This document shows, in pieces, positions 41,064 to 50,418 of a stretch of 64,000 bases of DNA. The first letter of the stretch is position 1, and every line of letters starts with the position of its first letter. Made by a program: the position numbers and the translations under genes. The notes under the pieces were generated by a model. It was given only the letters and a program-made list of their open reading frames with translations. It was not told where the DNA came from and did no database searches. This stretch comes from a virus. Lineage: Duplodnaviria; Caudoviricetes. The stretch is taken from IMG/VR virus record IMGVR_UViG_3300012983_000035, positions 40,796 through 104,795 of that record, one strand, 5' to 3'.

Positions 41064-41525
41064 TTAATCTATTGAAGCAACGCCGAGTTTAGTACAAACA
41101 AGTGTATCTAAAATTTCAGCATTAGCTCCACCTGTAGTTTTAACTTCGTTTAAGAGGATGTTTAGATCATTTTCGTGTTTAGCGATAATTTTAGACATGA
41201 TTTCATTTCTAGCATTATCAATATTAACGAATTCGTCATACATTAAAGTATCATCGTCTTGGATTTTGTTAAGCAATGCTTCGAATTTTACATTTGCAAA
41301 GTGACGTTTAATAGCATCTTGTGCAATTCCCATGTTATTAACATCTGCGATGTCTTTATGAGCCATTGATTCAGTTGATCTAGCAAATGCGTCAGCATCA
41401 CTAATAATAGCAGAAGCTGCTTCCCAAGAAAGTTCGTTTTTAGAAACAAGTTCTTCAACAGATTCTCTTGAGAGAACTCCTGGCATCTTTTTAGAGATAT
41501 ATGACAATACGTTGGATTTAGACAT
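41064..41525 (-). CDS. Putative internal head protein
   Basis: AAGGAG SD on - strand; late motif at 41560-41570; S-x-E sites (SRES, SWEA, STES). Confidence 0.55.
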   Translation of the reverse strand: MSKSNVLSYISKKMPGVLSRESVEELVSKNELSWEAASAIISDADAFARSTESMAHKDIADVNNMGIAQDAIKRHFANVKFEALLNKIQDDDTLMYDEFVNIDNARNEIMSKIIAKHENDLNILLNEVKTTGGANAEILDTLVCTKLGVASID

Positions 41526-41618
41526 AGTCGAACTCCTTATAGTAATTAAATTTGTTATCTATATCTATGTTTTAATATATCAATTAACAAATATTTGAGT
41601 TGATTTTTGGAGGTATTT

Positions 41619-43658
41619 ATGAAAATTTCACAAATGTGGAAAGAAAAAATGATATCAACTTTGACTGCATTTTATGGTGCATCATCACTAAATATTCAGG
41701 CACTAGAAAAAGAATTAGATCGAATAATTTTAGAAAAACAAGATCAATTCCCTGAATTATTTATGAGAAATCTTTACACGGGTAAAAATATATCGGTTCC
41801 ATTGGATGATTTGTTGGATATAGTTAAACAAGAGGATCTTTGTATACTTGCAAATAATACGTTAACTTATTCTTATAGAAAAGTTAAATCTCCTATTCCA
41901 ACTATTCTTATGGAAAGTAAAAAAGAACGAAATGTTCATAAAGATAAAGCAAAAGAGTTTGACTCACAAATATCTAAACAAAAGTCAGAAGGAACTTTTG
42001 TTGAAGGATGTGAACTTCAACTTAAATATTTGCTTGAAGAAGCATTACAACTTAAAGTTAAGCAGTTTATGAATTCAATTTATGGCGTTCAAGGACAGAA
42101 AGGATCCATGATTTATAATCCTGATACAGCGACTGGTGTAACTTCACAAGGGCGTCAGTTGATATCTGAAATGTTGTGGGCATTTGAACGTTTCTTATAT
42201 GGTACTTTACACTTTTCTAGCTTTGGAGAATATGCATCGTTTATAACAAATATATCTGAAAATGTGCATTATGATTCCCCGTTACTCAAGTATATAACTT
42301 ATGTGCCAAGCAGAAAAGACTGTATAGATATTATGGCAAATCAAATAAATAGAATAACTGCTGTGGATAAAATTCTTGATAAAGTGGAATTATCATTGTA
42401 TAAATTTGTAGATTCTATGAATTCAACAGAAAGGATTTATTTCTATTATAAAAACAATCTATTTAATCTATTGACAAAGAATCCTAAGATATTTGCATTG
42501 ATAGAACAAATATTATCTGATCCAACTGAATTCATGGCTTCTGGAGATGATACGCCAAAAATATATCTCCCAATTTTCGATGAATTATACAAGATTCTTG
42601 ATGAATTTGTTATCATGAATATAACTACACCAAACAGAGTATTTAAATATCAAAACAAACGACGTAGAGGAATTATTATATCGGATACAGACTCTGTTAT
42701 TATGAACTTGAATCCTATAGTTCAAAATATCTATAAAATGCATAAGATGTATAATGGTTTACCTATGACAGGTAGGTCAGCAGCATTTGAAGATGAAAAG
42801 ATGGATTTTAAAATAATCAATCTTGTTTGTAACTTGTGTGGTCACGTTACAGACGTTGTTGGAGATTTGTTAATTAAAAATGCAAATTGTCCAGAAGAAC
42901 TTAGAAGTTGGTGTAATATGAAAAACGAGTTCTTGTTTAAACGTGTTATCATGTATAAAGGCGTTAAAAAGAATTATGTTTGTCACGTTAGACTTCGAGA
43001 AGGAAAATTCAAAGATGACATTTCTACAACAGGTATCAAGATGAATTCATCTACAATTAATCCTATGATTAAAGATAAGATGATAGATATTATAGAAAAT
43101 GATATCTTGAAATGTGAGCATGTTGATCCTATAAATGTATTTAGAAAACATAAGGATCTTGAACGTTTTATAATTCAACAGGTAAAGTCTGGTGATTTTA
43201 CATTTGGTAAGAAAGCTAGATTCTCTGGTATGAAAGGGTATAAAACAAGTGTGTATCAGAATAATGCTGGTAGGTCTTGTTTGATATGGAATCTTTTGAA
43301 CCCTCTAAGTAAAATTAATACTGGAGATTATTGTTATATATTTAACACAGTATTATATAACAAAGCTTCTATTGAGCCTCTTAGAAATACTTATCCTGAA
43401 ATATATGATAAGTTGATTTCTGAAGTTTTTGAAAACTCAAAAATGCCAGAATTAGCTAAGTATGGTCTTAAGAGTATAGCTATACCAATATCGGCTTCTG
43501 TCAATAAGATTCCTGATTGGATTATTCCATATATCGATTATAAAACATTAACGAATACTCATCTTCAACCATTGATATCTTTGTTGCCATCTATCGAATT
43601 TAAGACAAGTAAATTCTCTGGTAATAAAAGTACATATTCTCCACTAATCTCATTCTAA
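41619..43658 (+). CDS. Split family-B DNA polymerase, C-terminal (motif B/C) subunit, phiKZ/AR9-type
   Basis: K..MNSIYG (motif B), TSQGRQLIS, IISDTDSV (motif C), MKNEF, KKNY; no motif A or exonuclease. Confidence 0.88.
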   Translation: MKISQMWKEKMISTLTAFYGASSLNIQALEKELDRIILEKQDQFPELFMRNLYTGKNISVPLDDLLDIVKQEDLCILANNTLTYSYRKVKSPIPTILMESKKERNVHKDKAKEFDSQISKQKSEGTFVEGCELQLKYLLEEALQLKVKQFMNSIYGVQGQKGSMIYNPDTATGVTSQGRQLISEMLWAFERFLYGTLHFSSFGEYASFITNISENVHYDSPLLKYITYVPSRKDCIDIMANQINRITAVDKILDKVELSLYKFVDSMNSTERIYFYYKNNLFNLLTKNPKIFALIEQILSDPTEFMASGDDTPKIYLPIFDELYKILDEFVIMNITTPNRVFKYQNKRRRGIIISDTDSVIMNLNPIVQNIYKMHKMYNGLPMTGRSAAFEDEKMDFKIINLVCNLCGHVTDVVGDLLIKNANCPEELRSWCNMKNEFLFKRVIMYKGVKKNYVCHVRLREGKFKDDISTTGIKMNSSTINPMIKDKMIDIIENDILKCEHVDPINVFRKHKDLERFIIQQVKSGDFTFGKKARFSGMKGYKTSVYQNNAGRSCLIWNLLNPLSKINTGDYCYIFNTVLYNKASIEPLRNTYPEIYDKLISEVFENSKMPELAKYGLKSIAIPISASVNKIPDWIIPYIDYKTLTNTHLQPLISLLPSIEFKTSKFSGNKSTYSPLISF

Positions 43659-43714
43659 CTTTTATTTATATATTATAATATTGTATTATTAGAAAGAGAT
43701 ATTGGAGGAAATCA

Positions 43715-44986
43715 ATGTTAATACGACCTGCTATTAAAGATAAAGATATTTCTACCAACGCAGCTAGCTTAAATCAAATCTCAAACGAATTGATGATCCA
43801 TGATGTATCTTCATTCAATGGAGCTTATACACATGGTGGTTATTATGATATATTTGCTAAAGCTACACAAATAATAGATTCGGTGGTAGTAGGGTTTCCT
43901 AGAGATACAAACGTTAGCGATTACATGACAGCATCTGTAAATAGACGATCTTATGTAAGATATGTTTATAATTACATGGTATTTATGAGTAGTGCATATA
44001 AAGATTTAAAAGATAGAATATCACATGGTACATTTCATCTTTTAAATGCAGTCGCATCAGGGTTTACAGATGCTAAACCTTTACCAGATTATTATACTTT
44101 TGGTGTTGAAAAATCTAACAAAAAAGTTCATTCTTTTTCAACATCTGTATTTACATCTGACCAAAGTTTAATTACAACTATAGGAAATCCTATATCTGAA
44201 TTGTCACACGTTAGATTAGATATTCCTAAACCAACAGATTTTAAAGTTAATGAGATTTGTGAGACCGATGTGATATCTTTACTTTCTGACATGGATTGGA
44301 GAGTGGAGCATGGTAGAACACCATATTATGTATTAGGTGAATCTCTTGTTAATGGTGTTGGCGGAGGGACTAAATTGACAAAATTTAGAGTAATAGAGAA
44401 TCCTATACTTGATAAAATGGATGATGAAGAGTATAAACGACAGATACGATCGTCGTTGCCTTGTTACGATTCTAATGATCCGGTTTTAGGAAATCTATTA
44501 AAGACATTGGAAATAAGACTATCTATTAGAAATATGATAGTTGATATGGTCAAAACTTATTATACAAGTTGTTTTAAAGAGTTTACATTAGTTTATAGAA
44601 CAGATTATAAATCCGGATATAGATCAGCTATTAGTCCTATAAATAAAATGATAGACGGATTCACAGTTGATAATATGGATAAGATGCGAAATGATTTTAT
44701 TAGAAAATGTAAAATCTTAGAATCTAAATTCGATGAACCTATAGACGTAATTTATTATGTAAATGAAATTGAAACAATTTGTAAGGTTAAGTTATTAAAA
44801 AGTAAGTGTGAAGAGACAAAAAGAATGACTAATTCAGATTCTCTTCACGATTATATACTGGAATCCATTCATAGCAAAGACGTAAAACAATTCAAGCATG
44901 ATATGGATTTAGATACAATAGATTTTTATTCGTATCACGATAATGATAATTATCGAGTATCACATCGTGGTAAACAAATAGGTTAG
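43715..44986 (+). CDS. Hypothetical protein
   Basis: Early motif at 43669; GGAGG SD; 423 aa. Confidence 0.75.
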   Translation: MLIRPAIKDKDISTNAASLNQISNELMIHDVSSFNGAYTHGGYYDIFAKATQIIDSVVVGFPRDTNVSDYMTASVNRRSYVRYVYNYMVFMSSAYKDLKDRISHGTFHLLNAVASGFTDAKPLPDYYTFGVEKSNKKVHSFSTSVFTSDQSLITTIGNPISELSHVRLDIPKPTDFKVNEICETDVISLLSDMDWRVEHGRTPYYVLGESLVNGVGGGTKLTKFRVIENPILDKMDDEEYKRQIRSSLPCYDSNDPVLGNLLKTLEIRLSIRNMIVDMVKTYYTSCFKEFTLVYRTDYKSGYRSAISPINKMIDGFTVDNMDKMRNDFIRKCKILESKFDEPIDVIYYVNEIETICKVKLLKSKCEETKRMTNSDSLHDYILESIHSKDVKQFKHDMDLDTIDFYSYHDNDNYRVSHRGKQIG

Positions 44987-45003
44987 TTATAAGGAGTTTA
45001 AAT

Positions 45004-45804
45004 ATGGCTAAATATGGTAATAGCAACAAACCAAAAAGAATTTCTTACACATTGGGTACATTGTTTTCTAGTGAAAAGAATGGAGCTGAATATCAGTTCG
45101 TTAAGATTGGATTCTATGATAGCAAAATGACACTCAATTTTTGTAAAGGAAAATCAGGTGGAGCAAGTAAAATGATTGAATCGTTTGTACATTTTGATTA
45201 TGAAACGTCATGTGCGTTATCAAATGTATTAGATTCAATTATCAGAGATAGAGTTGGTTCATATAGAGCTGGTGATCCATATAAGTTATTTAACTGTGGA
45301 TATTCTATCAGATATATGGATTCAGATAGCAATCAGTTAAGAACTCTTGGAAATCTTATTATCTACTCTGAACAGTTAGCCGATTCAGGTAAGAATGCAG
45401 TTGTTATTAAATATAACGACGGTAAAGAAGAGTTTAAAATTATGCTAAGTTCACCTTGGCTTGAGGACTCATTCTCATTTGGTGAAGAAGACGCATTTAT
45501 TAAAGCCGAAATTGATATATTTGACCAAAGACTATATGCATTTGCATACCTTATGTCAAATGTAATTAAGAATTGGCCTGTATTGGTTCAGCAAGATATC
45601 TTAGCAAGATATAACTTAAATAGATTGACAGCTATTGCTGAAAAACTTGGAATCGGATATGGCAACGGAAATGGGGGTAATTATAACGACAGTAATTACA
45701 GAAGCAATAGAGGAGGAAACAATAATGAGAGACAGTTGCCTCCTGCACCCGAACCTGAACCTGCATCTGCTGGTGGAGATTTTCCAGGAGATGAACCATT
45801 CTAA
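45004..45804 (+). CDS. Putative single-stranded DNA-binding protein
   Basis: G/N-rich linker and acidic C-tail ending DFPGDEPF; terminator at 45822-45856. Confidence 0.5.
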   Translation: MAKYGNSNKPKRISYTLGTLFSSEKNGAEYQFVKIGFYDSKMTLNFCKGKSGGASKMIESFVHFDYETSCALSNVLDSIIRDRVGSYRAGDPYKLFNCGYSIRYMDSDSNQLRTLGNLIIYSEQLADSGKNAVVIKYNDGKEEFKIMLSSPWLEDSFSFGEEDAFIKAEIDIFDQRLYAFAYLMSNVIKNWPVLVQQDILARYNLNRLTAIAEKLGIGYGNGNGGNYNDSNYRSNRGGNNNERQLPPAPEPEPASAGGDFPGDEPF

Positions 45805-45873
45805 TATTTTAGCATAGCAATATAACCACTCTTATAATAGAGTGGTTATTTTTTTATTTGAGGAGGAATCTAT

Positions 45874-46428
45874 ATGGGAAATAAAACTAAGATCCCACAA
45901 GAAAGAGCAAATATGTATAAAGAATTGTTGGGAGAGCAAAAAGGCGATAAAGTCACTATCACAGGAAATAGAGATAGAAAAAAAGATACATCAGCTTTTG
46001 TTGCGAATATTTTTACTACTATTTTAGCAGCATGTAAATGGATAGCAGTGTTAATTCCATTTATAGCTTTAATTACATATTCTGTAATTGAGTCTGTGTC
46101 ATATTTTAAATATAATTTATATATTGTATCAGATAGAACGTTCTCCGAAATATTTTCATTGTTTTTTGATTATATCGTAGTTTTATTTAAACCATTGGTT
46201 GTGACAATATTGTTTATCGCGATTGCACTGGTGATCTTCAATTTTATAGAATTCTTGTATTATTTGATTTTATACGTATATTCTTCTCGTAAAGCAGATA
46301 AACTATATAAAGAATCAAATAGTACGCTTGAAGCTATATCTAATAAGTTGGAAAAAGAAGATAAAGATAATCCAATAGATTTTTCAGAAACAAATGATAA
46401 AAATTGTGTAAAAAGTGATAATCGGTGA
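45874..46428 (+). CDS. Membrane protein (2-3 TM)
   Basis: GAGGAGG SD; hydrophobic segments. Confidence 0.7.
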   Translation: MGNKTKIPQERANMYKELLGEQKGDKVTITGNRDRKKDTSAFVANIFTTILAACKWIAVLIPFIALITYSVIESVSYFKYNLYIVSDRTFSEIFSLFFDYIVVLFKPLVVTILFIAIALVIFNFIEFLYYLILYVYSSRKADKLYKESNSTLEAISNKLEKEDKDNPIDFSETNDKNCVKSDNR

Positions 46429-46434
46429 TGCGTT

Positions 46435-47481
46435 ATGAAATTTGTTTCTTTTTATGAATATATAAATACACAAAATGCTGATAAATTCAATATTAAATTT
46501 ATACAATTTAATGGTAGAAATAATTGGTTTTATAATAAACGTATAAATTTGTGTAGACCTTTTTTATCTGAAAAAGAAGAAAGGATAACGTGGGAAAATT
46601 TCACAACCGCACAAAGTGAAGATGCTAAAAATGTATATAGAAATTTGATAGTTGAGCGGTATCTATGGTTGGCAATCAGATTATTGCATTATTTGCAATA
46701 TGGTACTGATAATTCTAAATTTATGACAGAAGACGAAGCATATAGTTATTTACAAATAACTCTAATAAATTGTGTAAATGGTTTCGATCCAAAACAAGAT
46801 GTTAATTTTTATACATATTATATTGCTGCTGTGAAAAATAATAGACCAAGATATTGTGCTGATAGTATTGGTACATTGAGTAGTAGAACTATTTATATGG
46901 CTTTTGAGGTATTTAAATATGCTCAAATAAATAATGGTGAAGACCCGATATATAAGTATAATACAGCTATCGATCTAAAACGCATTTTAAATATAAATTG
47001 TAGTGATTCTATAAGTTGTTCAAAGTTTATAGATATGATAAAATCATACATATTTACTACATCGTTAAATGTGCCTTCTTTACTAGATGAAGAAATTGAA
47101 ATTGTAAATTTATTAGAAGATAAAAATTATTATAATCATGAAATAGATGTTAATTTTTCTCATAAGATTAAAGTTCTTAAAAAGAAATTAACAGATATCC
47201 ATTATTGGGTAGTAAGAGAATATGATGATTATGATGAAAAAGCGTATAACAGATTGTATAAACGTCATTCTGATGGCGTAGATGCTATAATTACTCGTTG
47301 CGGATATATATATGATGAATGTAATGACAATTATTGCAAGATAGCGGATATCATAACGTTTGAAGAATTTGCTAATATGAAAGGTAAAACAAGACAACGT
47401 ATACATCAAATGTATCAAATTGAACTTGATTTTATTAACAAATATTTAGACGATAATTATTTGCGTGATTTGTTATTGTAA
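46435..47481 (+). CDS. Sigma70-family RNA polymerase sigma factor (divergent)
   Basis: RNLIVERYLWLA (2.1), LINCVNGFDPKQDVNFYTY (2.2-2.3), SLNVP (3.2), TFEEFANMKGKTRQRIHQM (4.2 HTH). Confidence 0.8.
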   Translation: MKFVSFYEYINTQNADKFNIKFIQFNGRNNWFYNKRINLCRPFLSEKEERITWENFTTAQSEDAKNVYRNLIVERYLWLAIRLLHYLQYGTDNSKFMTEDEAYSYLQITLINCVNGFDPKQDVNFYTYYIAAVKNNRPRYCADSIGTLSSRTIYMAFEVFKYAQINNGEDPIYKYNTAIDLKRILNINCSDSISCSKFIDMIKSYIFTTSLNVPSLLDEEIEIVNLLEDKNYYNHEIDVNFSHKIKVLKKKLTDIHYWVVREYDDYDEKAYNRLYKRHSDGVDAIITRCGYIYDECNDNYCKIADIITFEEFANMKGKTRQRIHQMYQIELDFINKYLDDNYLRDLLL

Positions 47482-47494
47482 GGAGATAAAATAA

Positions 47495-49624
47495 ATGTTT
47501 ATTGAGGAAGATATTGTCATAAAAGATACAAGCTTTGATAACGTTATCAAAGTGTTTGAGAAGAATATACAAGATAATTACAATAATTATAAAAATTGTT
47601 CTGATGCTGATGAATCTAAATTATATATTGATGCTATAAAAGATACTTTACATAAGATTTCACAACATTGTACTAAAATTTTAAATGAACTTGAAGTGAG
47701 TGGTTTAAGTTCATCAGACGGTTATGATTTGTATTCCAAGAGATACAATGATACACTTAAAAGAATCAATACAATTACAATGACACCAGATGATTTAAAC
47801 GTTACAGCTCCTGTTTCTAATGAAATGATTAATGAAGACGGTGATAATGTTAAAATTGAATCTGAAGTTTTGCCAGCAAGAAGAACTAAGAAAAAACGTC
47901 CTGTTGTAGAAGTTGAAAGTGCTATAGAGTTTAACGATGATGTCAATGAACCAGAACCAGTAAAAACTGAACCTAAACTTACACAACAAAAAGAAGTACA
48001 AGCTGTTTCATCTGCTGGAGAGTTTACTTACGATGAAGTAAGAAATGAAACAAACTCCAATGAAATTTACAAATCAGATAAACCTGAAATTAAAGAAGCA
48101 GTTCATACTGACGATTTAGTAAGACCAGCACATATTACATCTATACCAAAAGCACAGATCGAAGAACCAAAAGAAACTGTTGAATCTGAACCTAAACTTC
48201 CACAACCAAAAGAAGAAGCAAATGTTGGTAAAAAAGACGAGATTGTTGAAGAAGATGGAATTGAAATTGAATCTGAAGATACTGCTAAAATTATAATCGC
48301 AGAAGATAAACCTTCTGAAGAAGAAGAAACTGAAATTGATGAAGACGATTATCTATCTGATGGACCTATTGTTAACGATGATGTTGACATGGAATTATCA
48401 AAGGAAGAATTAGACAATGTAGAGATCTTTGATAAAGATTCTGAAGAAAATATTGATGATAACACTGACGATGGATCAAACACTATTGATGCTGATAAAA
48501 CATATTATGAAACAAGTAAGATTATATCCCGTAAAAGAGAAAACCCAATGTTTAAAACATTGGCTAAACTTGATAACACAAAATATGATCTAGCAAAAGT
48601 ATCAGTGTTTGATTACGATGGATCAGATGAACAGTTTAGAAAGGAATATATTCTTTCTAGAAATAACATGATGGCTGCTCCTAGGGTTTCACGTATAGCT
48701 CTTCTTATGAGCGGACACTATGAAGAAATTTCAGCATATGGTAGTTTTGACTTCGGTACAATTTCAAGACGCTTGACCGATGATGGTTTAGATTTTGTAG
48801 ATAGAGAAGTATTCTTGTATAACTCTATTTACTCTCACGTTATGTATTGTTCTTATGCTAAATCCGTTCCAGATTTCGATACATGGTGTAAAAATATCTA
48901 TTATCCTGATGCTAATTCTCTATTCTTTGGTGTATACGATGCTAACTCAGTTGGTGTCAACAATTATCTAGCAGAGTGTCCAATGTGCGGAAAGCAAATG
49001 GTAATTCCTAGAGAAAATAAAGACTTAGCAGTTGCTGTATCAAATGTGTTTAAGAAAGATGAACTTACTACATTTATCACATATAAAGATATCATGAAAC
49101 GCGATAACTCACCAATGTATAAATGGGCTAGAGATACAACTATTCGTAAACAGTTAAGAAATACAAAGTATATCATCGATTATGGTGTACCTACATTGTA
49201 TGATTATCTAACAACAATAGCTACGATGAGAAGAATTGCGGCTAATAAAGAAATTGATATCGATTTATCATCAGTTGAAAGTTTCAGTGATCCAGAAACA
49301 GCATTACGTATTTATCATTATATGTATATTAAACGTATTGGTGTTCCAAGTATCGTTCAAGGAACTAATAAAATCAAGTTCATAGGTTTAACATCTAAAG
49401 CTGATATTATTGAGTTCTTGAATAACCTTGATATTAACGACTGGTCTCAACTGATAAATGATAATGAAATTTCAGAATTCATTACAAAATCTGCATGTGA
49501 TTATTATATAGCAGATGCTAAATGTAATGATAACAAATGTGGTCATGTAATTAAACATTTGTTATTTAATCCTAAGAAGGCAGTGTTTTTCAAGATTGGG
49601 GAAGTCAGAGCAAATCTGAGTTAA
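47495..49624 (+). CDS. Baseplate-hub/tail assembly chaperone-like protein with acidic low-complexity N-half
   Basis: CPMCG and CNDNKCG Zn motifs, YGVPTL, ends near VFF; E/D-rich region ~47800-48500. Confidence 0.55.
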   Translation: MFIEEDIVIKDTSFDNVIKVFEKNIQDNYNNYKNCSDADESKLYIDAIKDTLHKISQHCTKILNELEVSGLSSSDGYDLYSKRYNDTLKRINTITMTPDDLNVTAPVSNEMINEDGDNVKIESEVLPARRTKKKRPVVEVESAIEFNDDVNEPEPVKTEPKLTQQKEVQAVSSAGEFTYDEVRNETNSNEIYKSDKPEIKEAVHTDDLVRPAHITSIPKAQIEEPKETVESEPKLPQPKEEANVGKKDEIVEEDGIEIESEDTAKIIIAEDKPSEEEETEIDEDDYLSDGPIVNDDVDMELSKEELDNVEIFDKDSEENIDDNTDDGSNTIDADKTYYETSKIISRKRENPMFKTLAKLDNTKYDLAKVSVFDYDGSDEQFRKEYILSRNNMMAAPRVSRIALLMSGHYEEISAYGSFDFGTISRRLTDDGLDFVDREVFLYNSIYSHVMYCSYAKSVPDFDTWCKNIYYPDANSLFFGVYDANSVGVNNYLAECPMCGKQMVIPRENKDLAVAVSNVFKKDELTTFITYKDIMKRDNSPMYKWARDTTIRKQLRNTKYIIDYGVPTLYDYLTTIATMRRIAANKEIDIDLSSVESFSDPETALRIYHYMYIKRIGVPSIVQGTNKIKFIGLTSKADIIEFLNNLDINDWSQLINDNEISEFITKSACDYYIADAKCNDNKCGHVIKHLLFNPKKAVFFKIGEVRANLS

Positions 49625-49680
49625 AGCAAAGTACTGACGGTATAGAAATTAGAAGTCAAGAAGATGAGTATAAAACTGAT

Positions 49681-50010
49681 ATGTCTGTAGCATTTGTTGA
49701 GAAAATGGATATGATACTTCGTCTTTTTGACGGCGACATATCGCTAACCGAATTGTTAGCATTTGATGTTCCATCTCAACGAGCAATGGTACAGGCACGT
49801 TTAACTAATCTTAGAAGATCACAAGAGGCATTTGAAAATGGAAAAGTCGATGCTTATTCTAGACGATATGCTTCTACTATGGGAGTTGGAGGGGGATCTT
49901 CTACTTCTATTTCGTACAGTGCTTCTTCTCCTAGTTCAGAATCGAACACAGGTCAGGGAAAAGATATAATTGATAGAAGTAATTCTATGAATGCAAAAGA
50001 CTATTTTTAA
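49681..50010 (+). CDS. Small protein; possibly -1 frameshift extension of upstream gene
   Basis: Frame open from 49576; weak SD before ATG 49681. Confidence 0.6.
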   Translation: MSVAFVEKMDMILRLFDGDISLTELLAFDVPSQRAMVQARLTNLRRSQEAFENGKVDAYSRRYASTMGVGGGSSTSISYSASSPSSESNTGQGKDIIDRSNSMNAKDYF

Positions 50011-50032
50011 AATAAACCAATGGAGTTAGACA

Positions 50033-50407
50033 ATGAATATTTGCAATTATGTAAATAACATTGCTGAAAAAATAATGGCCTATGGTGGTAATAGTTCGGA
50101 CGTTTTTAATTCAAACGTGTCAGATGCGATAATTAAATGTTTCAATATAATGAGCTCTTATGCGTCTAATAAGAATTTAAAAACAGTCCCAACGCCTTTT
50201 GCTGTAGTTGGAAAAAACAATGACGGTGCATCTGAAGACGGTTTAAATTTCGCATCTTTGAAATTTAGTTCAGAAGATAATTTAGATTTATCTTTGTTAG
50301 GACAAATTATACATAACCTAGGTTATACAGATTCCGTAAATGTTGAATCATTCTCAACTTGCACTATATTGGAAGTTTATGTGCCACTAGCATTCAGCAA
50401 TAATTAG
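50033..50407 (+). CDS. Hypothetical protein
   Basis: GGAG SD; 124 aa. Confidence 0.7.
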   Translation: MNICNYVNNIAEKIMAYGGNSSDVFNSNVSDAIIKCFNIMSSYASNKNLKTVPTPFAVVGKNNDGASEDGLNFASLKFSSEDNLDLSLLGQIIHNLGYTDSVNVESFSTCTILEVYVPLAFSNN

Positions 50408-50418
50408 GAGAATTATAA

